Numbered from the stretch's first letter, positions 24,609 through 37,872 are shown. The stretch is DNA of 64,000 nucleotides from Hydrolagus colliei (GCA_035084275.1 CM068760.1:5084001-5148000), one strand, 5' to 3'. Numbers and translations are program-made. Notes: generated from the letters alone by a model not told the origin.

Positions 24609-27600
24609 GTGAGTAAAGAGTAAGCGTAACACTGTACCAACTCCCAACAGTGATCCTCTTGAGGTGCGCGTTTAGTGTGTAGTATCTTGGCGTCCAATTT
24701 GCAAGTTAGGTTAACAATGCCGTCTCTACGTTCGCCTCCAAGTTGCTCACCATTCCTGAGTTGGACATCACTACTATTCTTTAAAGTTTATCATATGAAG
24801 CGCTTGGAGATCACGTCTCGAAGATGTGATAAGGCGCTGTATCAAATACAATTATTATTATTATCAAATGTCAACACTCATTAATCGTCAATGAGTCGAT
24901 ATCCTAGAATTCCCTCACCCCCTACCCAACGCAACACCGTCATGGAATATTGCTTGCTCTTAGGTACGGTGATGGGTTTCTGCGCGTGTCAGACACCCGG
25001 CTGATCTCCCAAATAAAATGAGACTTTTGTTTTTCTTCACCTCCCCCCCAAAAAAAGAAATCGCCATCAACTCAAACAGTCACAAGGTTTTTATTTATCA
25101 GAAGAAAGGGAACGAGTGGAAGAAAATTCACGAACTGGCTGAGCATAGCGGTCATGTCACAGGTAAGTGGTTCAGAATCTATGACCCAATGTCAGTCAGT
25201 AAGATCCAATATATCTGCATCAGAACATACATTGTGAGTTCAAAGTCTCGGCCAAAAGCGCCCAAAGATATCCCTCAAAACTGCTGAGACTATGTGACAC
25301 TTGGCGGACTTTTTCACTCTTTTAACGGTGACGTCTTACTGTAACACAGATCCCGCAGATGCCATCCCATGTGAAGGGCGTTATATAACTACAAGTTGAT
25401 GTTGCTGCTATTGTTTCCTTTACCCACTAAATAAAACAATACAATCTATTCAAAGCCCTCCATGGTGACATCTGCGACCACCAAACCCCCTGCTAACCTG
25501 CCCCCTCCCTGGCTTCTTTCAAATTCCGCCTCTTCGATGGTCCCATCAGTCACCTCAAATTCCCACCTTTCCCTCCCTCCCTCCCTCCTTCCACCCTCCC
25601 CGACCCAGACCCCAGCTCGGGTCTGAAACAATGACTGTCCAGGGACCTCCTCCTGACGTGAAAGGCGCTGTACAAGTATCATTTTGTTGTTCTTATATCT
25701 ACTCCGATGGTTTCAAATAGCAAAGATTTTTCCACTACAACTTCTAGTGGTCAAATCCCTTCATGAAGGCTCGGTCAGAAGATCTCTAACTTCCGATAAT
25801 CACGGCTTTTCAACTGCCCATGCGTACGCACATTGTATAGACAATGGGTCTCAAGGGTCTATTTTTCAAACAACTGCAGGGATAGACTGGGCCTCGAGCA
25901 CCAATCGGATTGTGACGTGTGCCGTGGACCGGAACGCATATGTCTGGTCTCTAAAGGACGGGGTGTGGAAACCAACCTTGGTCCTGCTGCGTATCAACCG
26001 GGCGGCCACCTGTGTGAGGTGGTCACCGCTGGAGAACAAGTTCGCTGTGGGAAGTGGAGCCAGATCTGTCTCGGTGTGTTACTTTGATAAGGAAAATGAC
26101 TGGTGAGTCCAGTGGTTTTTAGTTTATCTCACCAACCACACAGCAACCACAGTTTATAATATTAATCCTTGTATTGGATGTAGTGCCTTATCCTGTCATC
26201 CTAGACGTCTCAAAGCGCTTCGCAGAATATACTGTAAAGCAAATTGACTGTATATGTTGTGGGAGAGACACGGCAGCCAATTGCACACAGCAATGGCCCA
26301 CAAACAGTCGTGGACTGAGTGACTGGGAGTTCCTGACATAGACACAAATCACCAAGCAAGGAATGAAAAAAAATTGATCTCAACTTAAAGAGTGATTCCG
26401 ATAACCAGACATGGATACTTAATCATGTTCCTACAACACCAGCAAATTACATTGCAGCATTTGTAACCTATAACAAAACCAAAGCCTCTGTAAAGTACCA
26501 TCGAGCCAATCAAATAGACTGTAATATCCTTTGATTAACTGTAATCAAAGTAATAGATTATCTCAAAATATACAGCTGCTGCTCTTAGCATAAGAGTGTC
26601 TTGTTTTCTGCAGGTGGCTGAGTAAACACATCAAGAAATCCATCAGGTCAACTGTGCTTACACTGGATTGGCACCCAAACAATATCATTCTAGGCGTTGG
26701 CTCATGTGATTTCAAGTGCAGGTAGGAACACAACAATGCAAATAAGAGGTACGGTTTGCTGCTTGTTCAATGCTGGGTCTCTCCTTTCTGTCTCCCCAAA
26801 GTTCAGCTAACTCAACTCAGCACAGCCCAAATCTGTCCACCGTGGCCTAAAGTAAAGCGTTTCCAATAAGGAATCCCAGTTATGTGACTCTTTGCAGTGA
26901 ATGAAAATAGTTCACAATGACCCATGGTAATGACTCTCTCTGATCCAGCCCCATCTCGTTCTGTGGGTCGATTGGAAGTTCTTCCAAATTCTACCAAAAT
27001 AAATCTCGTTAAGACGTAAAACTGTAATAATAATAATCCTTACATTTGATATTCATCACGTCTTTGTGACGTCTCAAAGCGCTTCGCAGAATAAACTGTA
27101 AAGTGGATCGACTGCGTATTTGTGGGACAAACACGGCAGCCAATTGTGCACAGCAAATAAGCTTGCGATCTGACTACACTGCCTCTTTGCTTACTGTGTG
27201 CTAGGGTGTTCTCGGCCTACGTCAAAGAGATTGAAGAGAAGCCTGCCCCGACAGCCTGGGGAACTCGGATGCTGTTTGGGGAGCTTCTGTTTGAGCAGAA
27301 AGAGTGTGGGGGGTGGCTGCACGCCGTGTGTTTCTCCCCCAGTGGGAACTGCCTTGCCTGGGTCAGTCACGACAGCACAATATCAGTGGTGGATGCCAGC
27401 AAAAACAAGGCGTGAGTATCTCTGTAACTCACAATCTGCTCAGGAAAAACTACTACTATTAATAATAATAATACAAAGCTTTGGAACTCCCTCTCTCAAC
27501 TGCTTTGCCTCACCCCCCATTTGATATAAGATCTTATCACATCGGCAACAGATCTCAAAGCGCTTCACCAAAATGACAGTACAGTACTGTAAAGTGGAAT

Positions 27601-30140
27601 TATTCTATTTTGTAGATGATTTCAACTAGCAACCTGCCCGCTGTAAAAAACACTCTCCCTCCCACACACACATCTAAGACACACAAACAAAGATATCCGC
27701 AGACACATACACACAAATACAGAATATAAAAGCGTCCACACATACACACACGTGCTTGCACATTTCCCAGGCATGGTTGAGCGGGAAGGTGTTGATCTGA
27801 AGATGGTGGGCAAAGAGGGTGGGGGAACGAGATTGAAACATGTGGAAAACATCCCACAAACAATGAAATGAAGGATCATTTGAAGATATCACCCATTGTT
27901 ATCAACTACTAGTTGAAGGCCACGGTGAAATGTATGTCTAATTCTGCTTCTGTCTCTCTGCTTTGGACACCTTGCCAGAGTGACCCAACTGAAGACATCA
28001 TTCCTCCCTCTGCTCAGTGTGCTGTTCCTTAGCGAGCGACACATCGTGGCAGCAGTAAGTGTTGAATCAAAGTCGGCCTCTGAAATTGGGAAACGTGTGC
28101 AGTCGAAGGCACCAGTGAACATAATGCAAAACTGCATCAATATCAGAGCCAGAGTAGTTCATTAACATTGGCGAAATTCTGCCTCTAAAAGGGGAAACTG
28201 AGGATATCTGTAAATCAGGCTTTGCCCGCAGGTTGCTTTCAATAACAAATTATATTTGTATAAGAATAATTATAATAATAATCCTTGCATTTGATATAGC
28301 GTTTTGCATGTCTTCTAGAATATGCTTCGCAGAATATGCTGTAAAATGAATTGACTGTGTATTTGTGGGCGAAACGCACAGTATAGTGCCTGCCTTGCAT
28401 GTCAGCAGATGCCAGGGCGCTCGACAGTGAGATCTTATCCACAGTTACCTTTTCCGTTTTCAGGGCCACGACTCCTGCCCCTTCCTCTTTGCGTACACCG
28501 ATCAAGGTAACTTGAGCTTCGTGACCAAAATGGATGTCCCAAAGCAAAGCTCCCAGCAGAGCCTGTCAGCCAGGCAGCTCTTCCGCAACTTGGACAAGAA
28601 TGCCATGGTCAAACAGGAGGACACGTCTCTGGAAACCCTGCACAAGAACACCATCAGGCGAGGAGGGGGTTTACCATATGCACTAAGGATGTAGCGAAGT
28701 GCATTTAAACATTTGTTGCATTTGCACAGCGCCCTTCAAGTTGGGCAACACAGTTGGAGAGGGCGCGATATGGTGGGTTATACGAAGGGAGTTTCAGGAT
28801 CCGAAGGAGGTAACGAGAGGGTGAGGGTCTCCCAGCAAGCCTGAGTTGGCGGAGTGAGCAAGCAGAGGAGTAGGGAAGCAGGAGATCAGAGAGGACAAGG
28901 AGGTTTTAATGTGTAGAAGGGGTTACCGAGCTCCTGAGGCAAGGTGGTTAGAGCACTCGCCTTACAAGCGTGAGACCTGTGTTCGAATCCAGGCAGGTTG
29001 GGGCAAAACCCTGGGCAAGTATCGTTACTCCACACACACGCCTAATAATAATCCATCCAAAAATAACCTATCAAAAAAATTGCTCATTTCAATCCACGAC
29101 TGTTTTGTGGCGACACTGCTGTGCGCAATTGGCTGCCGCATTTCGCCCACAAATATACAGTCAATTCACTTTACAGTATATTCTGTGAAGCGCTTTGAGA
29201 CGTCGATAAGATGTGAGAAGCGCTATATCGAATGAAAGGATTATTATTAGTATTATTGTTAATATAAGTGAGGATAAGGACTTTGAGATTAGTCCAGTGG
29301 TTCCAGACATGGAACAAATGGAGCGCAGCTTTGAGTGGGAATTTAGGGAAGGAAGAAATATGCCATCTGGTGGTCTATTGAGTAAAAGCACAGCCCCCTT
29401 TACACGCACAAGGGGCAGTGATGGTTATCCTGCTATTGGTGGGCAAGAAAATAATCATGGAAATAACAAAATAGTGTAAGATTGATGCCTTTGATCGAGA
29501 GATATTCAGAGGGAAGAAACATTGATTTTGTTGGCCTATCATAAAGGTTGCCTGGGATCCGATTGCATTGTGCTGAATTAGCCACCGAAAGGCAACCTCA
29601 CAGTTCCCGCTCAACAGTCAAAGAGTTTACGAACCGTTATTAATAATTGTATTAAGGCAGAATGCTTTTATTATAATATTGCAAAAAATATTTTGTCCAC
29701 AAAATATACACAGTTTACAATTTAGTCCATGAAGCGCTTTGAGACTTCTCGACAACTTGATAAGTGCTGCATCAAATGCAAGGATTATTATTATATAACT
29801 CTGTTTTTTCTATCACTTTTCTAACTATGTGTACTGTTGATGTTTGCTCCAGTCAGCTTTCGATCGTCACGGGGGACAAGGCTAATGTGACCACCTTCAG
29901 CAGTACTGGGTTTGATGGTGCGTTAGTTACCTGGGACTTCAGGGTAAGCATTTACTGATTGCAAATGTTGCGTTATCTCTCTTGCTATGGGACAAACACA
30001 GCCTCCCGGGCACTTACCATTCTTAGCATCAGTACGGCTTGTAGGTACGTACTTCATTTCATGGTCAACCTTTCAATAATCCTTCTTGTCGGTAGCGAGA
30101 AATACTTGTGCTAATTTTCTTTCAGGCTCCCAGTGTTTAA
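24545..30140 (+). CDS. ARPC1: Actin-related protein 2/3 complex subunit 1 (p40) family WD40 protein, join(24545..24608,25058..25162,25880..26102,26614..26721,27205..27411,27979..28054,28464..28657,29853..29943,30126..30140), ~360 aa
   Basis: The translation [22 protein letters not shown]...[61 protein letters not shown]...[24 protein letters not shown]...GHDSCPFLF...[13 protein letters not shown] matches the ARPC1A/ARPC1B family. Exon phases are consistent. The paralog identity is not resolved. Confidence 0.93.
25058..25162 (+). CDS. ARPC1: ARPC1 coding exon 2
   Basis: (Q)[34 protein letters not shown], donor G|gtaagt. Confidence 0.9.
25450..25692 (+). mobile_element. L2-tail element (second family; ...ctcgggtctgaaac.gtgactg...tcctcctgacgtgaaaggcgct...(TTG)n)
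   Basis: The same block recurs on the minus strand at 38715-38830 and 61747-61960. Confidence 0.7.
25880..26102 (+). CDS. ARPC1: ARPC1 coding exon 3
   Basis: [14 protein letters not shown]...YFDKENDW, ctgcag| and |gtgagt. Confidence 0.95.
26614..26721 (+). CDS. ARPC1: ARPC1 coding exon 4
   Basis: [36 protein letters not shown]. Confidence 0.95.
27205..27411 (+). CDS. ARPC1: ARPC1 coding exon 5
   Basis: [19 protein letters not shown]...[19 protein letters not shown]. Confidence 0.95.
27979..28054 (+). CDS. ARPC1: ARPC1 coding exon 6
   Basis: [25 protein letters not shown], donor |gtaagt. Confidence 0.93.
28464..28657 (+). CDS. ARPC1: ARPC1 coding exon 7 (ends at a GC donor)
   Basis: [64 protein letters not shown], then AG|gcgagg. 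Confidence 0.88.
28928..29256 (+). mobile_element. SINE full length in ARPC1 intron 7
   Basis: Head to tail. Confidence 0.9.
29853..29943 (+). CDS. ARPC1: ARPC1 coding exon 8
   Basis: [30 protein letters not shown], donor |gtaagc. Confidence 0.92.
30126..30140 (+). CDS. ARPC1: ARPC1 probable last coding exon (APSV*)
   Basis: Branch-point-like gctaat plus tttctttcag acceptor. It is too short to confirm by homology, and an alternative AG at 30133 would give CLKAHP*. Confidence 0.55.
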   Translation, partial: APSV

Positions 30141-31907
30141 AAGCACATCCTTGAAGGCCATGCACAGGCTGACGCACAAATTTGGATCTTCGAATCGAAT
30201 AACACAAGAGAATTTGAGCACACAATGGTGCATCGCTCAGTCAAGGAATTTTGTTCAAGACAAAGGCATCTCTTTTTGTGGCTGAAGTGATTGAACTCCT
30301 GAAAGAGCAAAGGCATTGATATTATTTGCGGTGTGAATACTGGGTGGAGGGTACTGATAATTGTTCTGTTCACTGTAGAAAATGCTCGTGTAATACAACA
30401 GAGAGTTTCAGATCATCTTTTCCTTTCTCTATCCACCTGTAGGGACTGAAATCTGCTAACACATTACGTTGGTACAGTGCTTTTGACCCGCAAGCTAGTT
30501 TTGTACGTGATGATTCTAAATGCATTAAAGTACGCTACTGCTTTAAATCGAGTCCATTTAACTTGGGATGGAAAAAATGGAACTCCATCCCAAAGTAGGT
30601 GGGGAGGGGGTGGAGTGGGGGGTGGGGTTGTGGGTGGGCGGGGTAGGCTGGTGGGGGGGAAGACGAGAATCCTATTGAAACATTTGATCACTTGGTGGCA
30701 GTGTTTCCCTATCTGAGCCTTTCTCATCGACTTTTGGAAAACTTTGCACCTACGTGGAGCCCTGTGTTTTTTTTAAAAAAGATTATTTATTTGCATGGAT
30801 GGAAAGAGGTCAACCGTCATTGAAGTTTATAATATTAACAGGAAATTGGTTACTTATGCATTAACCCTTCCAGTGTAACCCTACCAAAGGATTTCACTCC
30901 GCGCCTGAAATGGAAAGTGTGAATTGTTGCGCTATGAGCTATAAATTGTATGATATGAGCTTGAATTGTATTTTACATTATTTACTTTTTTTTTAAAAAA
31001 AGAAAAATACTGTACATTGAAATTCTAGGACAAGAAGCAGTCAGTATAATCTAATCGGAGTCGGTCTGTACGCTCTGTCTTAGGAATACTTTATAACATC
31101 CGGGGTAACTGAGTTAGTTGGTTTCTGACCAGAAGATTTGGGGTTCTGTTCTCAAGGGCTCAATTCAGCCCCTCACTCCTTCTACTTCAATACAGCAACT
31201 GCCATTTCATCTGTGCATTATAGTAGTAATAATAATAATCCTTCCATTTGATATAGAGCCTTATCGCACAGTACAAAACGCAGTCAAAGTACTTCACAGA
31301 ATATACTGCCAGGTGAATCGGCTCTATGTCTTGTGAGCAGCTCTTTGGATAATTCAACAATGATTCGCCCCATTCTCCAAGATTTAAAGCAACGACATCA
31401 GCAAGATAAGGCCCTATGATCAGTGGGTACCTATTTGCGTCATCGGGTTCACTGCTAGTGTTAATAATGAGGCTATTGTGTTTGCTGCCGTGTGGCTTTC
31501 TGCCAACCCCATCAGGTGAAGCTGGCACGAAAATGGATGCGCTGTACACACTGGACACAAGCTCCCTTTAAGATCGACAGAAGCCCAGGCTCCCAAATTA
31601 ACGCAGGTGAATCCAAGAGTCTGCACAAACTTTCTGTACAACCCGGAAATTGAAGATGGTAAGATCCCAGGGCTGAAAACCTATGTAAAGTTCCCATGCC
31701 CCCTGGACTTCCTTCTTGTGGATTTGTGGTGGGCAGGCATGGGAAGGGAGAGGTCAATGTGCGAACTGAACAGCCGTAACTATGGCAATGCTTGAGACAC
31801 ACAGGATGTGCTTCCCATTTCACCATTAACAGTTGTTCGAATGAACCGAAAGGCCGTTAAAACTGAAACAAACTAAAGATGACTTTATTTGTCACGTTTC
31901 AAAGATC

Positions 31908-31908
<1 letters not shown>

Positions 31909-31934
<26 letters not shown>
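31909..31934. repeat. (CA)n microsatellite
   Basis: Direct reading. Confidence 0.9.
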
Positions 31935-31939
<5 letters not shown>

Positions 31940-32244
31940 AAAATGGCTTGAATCCCACTTTTCAAGACTGACAAGTCTGTCTATTGTGTTCCTGGAGCTA
32001 TTGTCATGTGAACCGTGGCTGTCAGTGGCAGCCTTGTATCTAATGCAATCTCCCTAGCTCGGGGAGGCTGATGCAAATTTTGCTGCCTCATTCAAGGTCA
32101 TTTAACCCAGCACGTAGCAGGAATCAAATCAGGCTGCCATCTGGTCTGTGATGCATCATTGCTTTAATTCACTCGGATCAGGGGAGAGCGGAGGGGTAGA
32201 GAGTGGGGTATGTCGTTCGTTCTTACAAACGTTTAAGAAACACT

Positions 32245-32440
32245 TCATGGAATCATAGAATCCGACAGCACAAACGGAGGCCATTCGGCCCATCGTGACT
32301 GTGCTGGCTCTTTGAAAAGAGCTGTCTAAAGTCAATCCCACTCCCTGGCTCTCTCTCTCTCTCTCTCCCCACCCATAACCCCGCAAACCTGCCCTCCCCA
32401 AATCACCATCCACCTCTCTTTTAAAAGTTGTTATCGAAAT
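32245..32440 (-). mobile_element. CR1 LINE 3' end
   Basis: atcatagaat...ggaggccattcggcccatc...gctctttgaaaagagc, with related copies at 43948-44160 (-), 41160-41362 (+) and 5400-5635 (+). Confidence 0.75.
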
Positions 32441-33002
32441 AGAAATAATTGCAATTTGTTATAATGGTAATTGGTACTTTGCTCTGGGAGGCTGCTTGGG
32501 GTTTGCGTGAGGTTGAAACTAATAGATCAAGCACCATGAAGAGAAAATTTGCGGAGAGAAGCAGACCGAGTATCAAACCTCCACAGCGTGACCCAATGTG
32601 AACATACTACCCTCAGTGGGTAACTAACTGAGTGATCAGATAGCAAATTGTACAGATAGAAATAGGAAACCTATTGGATAGTAATGGCTGTTTTACACAA
32701 TACTACTAATAATAAGAATCCTTGCATTTGATAGAGTGCTCTTCTCGCTATCTCAAACCGCTTCACGGAATGTACCGTAAAGTGAATTGACTGCATATTT
32801 GTGGGCGTAACACGGAAGCCAATCGCGCACAGCAGTGTCCCACAGTCGTGGATTGAAGTGACCATAATTTATATAATCGTGTCTTTTATCTTGAGGAATC
32901 ATGATCAGGTGTGCAGGGTAAGCAAACTTGCCCAAGCTTTTGCCGTTCAGAAAACGGAACAATCGTCGTCTAAAGGTGAGGATGGGTGGGGGGTGGAGGG
33001 GG

Positions 33003-33033
<31 letters not shown>

Positions 33034-33341
33034 GGCTCGAAAACCTGCATTTACAGTCCTTCAAAGGTGCAGACACACCAATGAAATCCTGACATCTGCC
33101 ACTTGATCTCCCATCTGGTGCAGGGAATGCACGCCGGCTGTTTGTTTACTTACGGCAAATGAATCCTAAGCCACAGACTGAGCTAACCAGTCAAGAGTTG
33201 CAGCATTAACAGCCGCGCATTGTTCAAAGCCCAGCATCCAACCAGTGTTCAGAACAAGAGGGAAATGCAATGAAATTGTTTCGCTCACAAATTTACAGTC
33301 AATTCACTTTACAGTATATTCTGTTAAGCGCTTTGAGACGT

Positions 33342-33663
33342 AATAATAATAATCCTTGCATCTGATATAACGCTTTTTACATCTTATCAATGTCTCAAAG
33401 TGCTTCACAGAATATACTGTAAAGTGAATTGACTGTATATTTGTGGGTGAAACGCGGCAGCCAATTGCGCTCAGCAGTGTCCCCATAAACAGTCGTGGAT
33501 TGAAATGACCAATTTTTATTACAGTATTGTGTATTTTTGGAGGGATTATTATTAACATGTGGAGTAAGGAAACTTGCCCAAGGTTTCACCCATCCTGCCC
33601 AGAATCAAACACAGGTCTCACGCTTGTAAGGCGAGTGCTCTAATCACTGAGCTACAGGAGCTG
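33342..33663 (-). mobile_element. SINE full length, nested inside a plus-strand SINE (33278-33341 plus 33665-33706)
   Basis: The host copy is interrupted between ctttgagacgt and aagacatgaaaagtgctatatc. Confidence 0.88.
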
Positions 33664-34519
33664 CAAGACATGAAAAGTGCTATATCAAATGCAATATTAT
33701 TATTATGATATAAAACATCTATTTGCATATTAGTTATCTGTGAAATTAAATGATTCAGGCAAATTTCATGCCCAATTCTGTGACCGATACAGAAATGACT
33801 GAAAGTTACTATGTACTTCAACAGGAGGTAGCGTTTTCAGGCTTCGCAAAGAGGATGACTGCCAAAGTTTACCTGTGTCAATAGATCAAGGAAATGCTGG
33901 AGAGAGCACCGCAAATGTTTAATGTGTACGAGAAATATATATCTACAGGCACTGCCACTGAATCCTTAGACACACACTGGGTAGAAGTGGGTTAACATTT
34001 CAGGTCGATGGCCTTTCATTGGAACTGGGTAGATTGCTTAACGCATTAGTTTTTTTTGACAGGGTAGGGATGATGTGAAAGGCGCTATACAAATATAATT
34101 TTGGTGTTGTTCTTGTTCTTGCTGTTGTATGAACTAAATACGTGCAGTTGGCTGTGGGATTGCTATCACTTAAGGACAGGATCTATATTGCACAGGGCGA
34201 GGCCTGGCTGCAACACTAACCTACTGATATGGGCTTTGTGTAGCTGTTTGTATCATTCACACCCTTCTGCCTAAAAGTATTGGGCGCAGGTTGCCAAAGA
34301 AAACAAGGCTTGCGGACCCCAGAGTGTGTAAGTTGGGGTTCAACCAGTTCAAATCATTTAATTATCCACATCGCAAAGAGAAGAGCCAAATAGATTTTGT
34401 GCCATGGTGTGTTTTGCCATTTGATGCGGGTCTTGACAGTGAGAGAGAAGAATAGCCAGCTGCCCGACTGGCAAAACTAACTACCATCTTGGTTTCTCCG
34501 TCACAAATTATTTAATAAA

Positions 34520-34843
34520 AATAATCCTTGCATTTGATATAGCACTTTTCACGTCTTTCTAGGTGTCTCAAAGCGCTTCTCAGAGTTTACTGCAAAGCGA
34601 ATTGACTGTATATATTTTCGGAGGCGAAACGCGGCAGCCAATTGCGCAAAGCAGCCATCCCAAAAACAGTCGTGGATTGAAAATGACCAATTTATTATAG
34701 TTTTGTTTTTTGCAGGGATTATTATTAGGCGTGTGTGTGGAGTAAGGAAACTTGCCCAAGGTTTCACCCTGACCTGACTGAATTCGAAACACAGGTCTCA
34801 CGCCTCTAAGGCGAGCGCTCTAACCACTGAGCTACAGGAGCTC
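34520..34843 (-). mobile_element. SINE full length
   Basis: Reverse-complement copy. Confidence 0.9.
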
Positions 34844-35458
34844 CATATATGGGGGACACTCCGGTGTGATGAAGGATGAAATGCTTGACATTTTGTACTG
34901 CTATGGTATTTCAGCTGAGTTGTCCCAAAAGGTGTTGATCTTACAGTTGCAAGAATGGGTTAAGTTGAGCGCCACGGCAATTCATTCATCATTAATCATA
35001 TTTAGTTATTTCGCTTGTGACACATGCCTTCTGCAGGGTGAGTAAGGCATGACTGTCAGTGTGTGAGCTTCAGGGGGTTTCTGAAATGAGCCTCATTCGC
35101 AGCACATCAAGTTACATTTGACATGTACCCTTTGTACAGGAATTGCTCAACAAAAATATCTTTCTGAATCATGTTCCATTAAATGTGGCCACATTTGTAT
35201 GTGTTTAATGCTTCCACTTTTTTTCTTTGACTTGGCTTTCGGTCAAGCTCCTTCCCTCCCTGCCATCCACCTTCCCCAATTCCTACCTCCAGCTCAGATC
35301 CAGAATACTGTCTGTCCAGAGCCTTGGGACTGTACTAATGTAATGCTGTTGTTATTTTTCTGGTCTTTCCCAATTTGTGGTTTTTTTAGTGATACAGCTG
35401 CTCTGCAAGAATATCTTTCAGTTTTAACCGTGTCACCATATCCCATTAACTTTTTAAC

Positions 35459-35770
35459 TGTGGAGCTCAGTGGTCAGAGCACTCGCTTTACAAGCGTGAG
35501 ACCTGTGTTCGAATCCAGACAGGTCGAAACCTTGGGCAAGTTTCGTTACTCCACACACACAAGTCTAATAAAAATGCCTCAAAAAAAAAAATTGGTAATT
35601 TCAATCTTTGACTGTTTGTGGGACGCTGCTGTGCGCAATTGGCTGCCGCATTTCGCCCACATATATACAGTCAAATTCATTTTATAGCACATTCTGTGGA
35701 GCGCTTTGAGACATCTAGAAGATGTGAAAAGCGCTATATCAAATGCAAGGATTATTATTATTTATTATTA
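35459..35770 (+). mobile_element. SINE near full length
   Basis: Head to tail. Confidence 0.9.
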
Positions 35771-37439
35771 ATGGGATTAATTGTTTCAACAAAAAACCTT
35801 CGAGCGCTAAATGACTTTAACAAATCGAACCCCTATATTGCTACATTAAAACCTTCCAATATTTAGCTCAAATTTTAAACAGGGTGAAAGTCAGAGAGAA
35901 GTCAGAGAAAAGCCTGAATATACAGTACGAACAATCTTTTCCAGGATCTGAGCACTTGGTGAAATGAATGCCTTCAGAATAGACAGGGCAGAAGCAAAGT
36001 GTCTCAACAAAATCAGGCTGAACGTGTCATTTTTATCTTTGAACTTCCAGAGACATTTAATTGTAGGCCAGCAGTTGGGTGGTGTAAGTTTCGGAGCATT
36101 CCGAAACTCCCTAAACTGAAAACACAGCAAACTCAAGACTCACGTCACCTGATCGCACCCCATCCGTGCTTATCTGAGATGATGGGCGGCAATCAACAGG
36201 GTCCACGAATAGTACTCAAGCAGCCGGCTACATTCACAGCAGCAAACAAAGGAAGCGCGTGAAAACAGTCGCGATATTAATGGGAACTGTCTGAACAAAG
36301 AATGTTGTTTTTATTCAGCCAGATGTCTGACACATGCAGAAACCAACGTGAGAGCTAAAGAGGCCCCGAACCACACTGAGAGAGCCACAAATGCATTGGT
36401 ACTGACCGATGCATGGAAATTTCCCATTTGGCTGCCATAGAACATGTAGTCTCTCCCTGGAAACATGCTTTCTGTTCATCCAATTCCAGAAAACGAAACT
36501 AGGGGGGGGGGGGCCCAAATTGTGTGTTGGGAGTTTAAACAGCTGAAACTGCATACCTCACCCTATCAACCTATCTATTTTGGGCTTTGGCAACGAGGGT
36601 TACAGGACTTCGATGGGGAAAGAGCTCTGTGCCAAACTTACCCCTTCCAAGTCCTGTTGATGATCCATCCTGGCTTGTCTGTCGATATACTGCCTTGGAG
36701 TCCTGCAGAACTGCTCAGCCCAGGAATTCAAACGCCAAAACCACCATAAAGTATACATTTGATTGCCAGGCGCGTCATAAGAGTCAGCACAACCCTCAAG
36801 AAAACCCTACTACTCCCTCCTCCGAGAGAACAGTTGAAAGATGAAAGCAAGCATCCAAGTAAAACACCAAAACAATTTAGATTTTTATAGCCTCACTCCC
36901 TTTCGAACCATTGTGTGTATATATATTTTTTAAAATTCTTCCAAATTTCTCTGCTAATGATAGTGACTCATGCTGGGATAATGTTCCATGGACAATAGTG
37001 AATATGGTCTGTTTATGGAATACATGAACCTTTGGTCAAGAATCCTTACTCCACACGCCTCATAATAATCCCTCAACAAAACCCCGCACACACAATCATA
37101 AATGAATCATTTCAATCCATGACTCTTTGTGTGTGTGTGTGGGGTGGGGGGGGGGGGGGGGGGGCATCGCTGTGCGTAAAATATACAGTCAATTCACTTT
37201 ACAGTCTATTCTGTGAAGCGCTTCGGGGCGTCTGGAAGGCGTGATAAGCGCTCTGAGACGCCGTCCGGAGTGGAGGGCGCTATATAAATCAAAGTTGTTG
37301 TTAAGGTGCTACATCAAATATAATGTTGTTGTTGTTGTGGTGGTGGCTGTTGCTGTTGTTAGTTGGTGTTGTTGTTATTCTCTCGTCAATCAGTGAAGGA
37401 GGGAGGGTGGGAGAGTGGGAGGGAGAGTTTCATCAACAG

Positions 37440-37872
37440 TGAGTGAGTGAGTGTGTGTGTGAGTGAGTGAGTGAAGGCTGAACGCAGCCAATGGGAAACA
37501 AGGATTGGACCTGTTGGCTTGAGATGGATGGGTGAGGGCGGCCAATCACCATCGGCCCCGCTGGAGGGAGGGCGGGGCATGCGGGCGGGGGGGGAGAGGG
37601 GAAGCGGGGGCGGGGCAAGCGACGGTAGCGGGGCGGGGCCTAGAACCCTAATGTAACAGTTTGTATCCATTTGTATCCAATGGGGAGCGAGGGCTGACCC
37701 CCCCCAAGTAGCTCACAGCTGTTACATTGTATCCCAGTGGAGGGAAACCTCCCTCCCTCTCTCTCTGTCTCCCTCCATTGGCGATTCAGGAGTTCCCCCC
37801 CCCCCCCCCATTGGAATCGATACCAAACGAGCCAATCGATACGCCAATGTGCCTGCCTGCCCGGTGCTGACA
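37440..37872 (+). promoter_or_regulatory. WIPI1 GC-rich promoter/5' region
   Basis: Several GGGCGG boxes (37536-37640), eight CCAAT/ATTGG boxes (37488, 37504, 37542, 37677, 37777, 37810, 37832, 37844) and local CpG enrichment immediately upstream of the ATG. Confidence 0.75.

Noticed and set aside
31380-31830. Possible coding exon downstream of ARPC1
   Set aside because: No frame gave a recognisable protein and there are no convincing paired splice sites.
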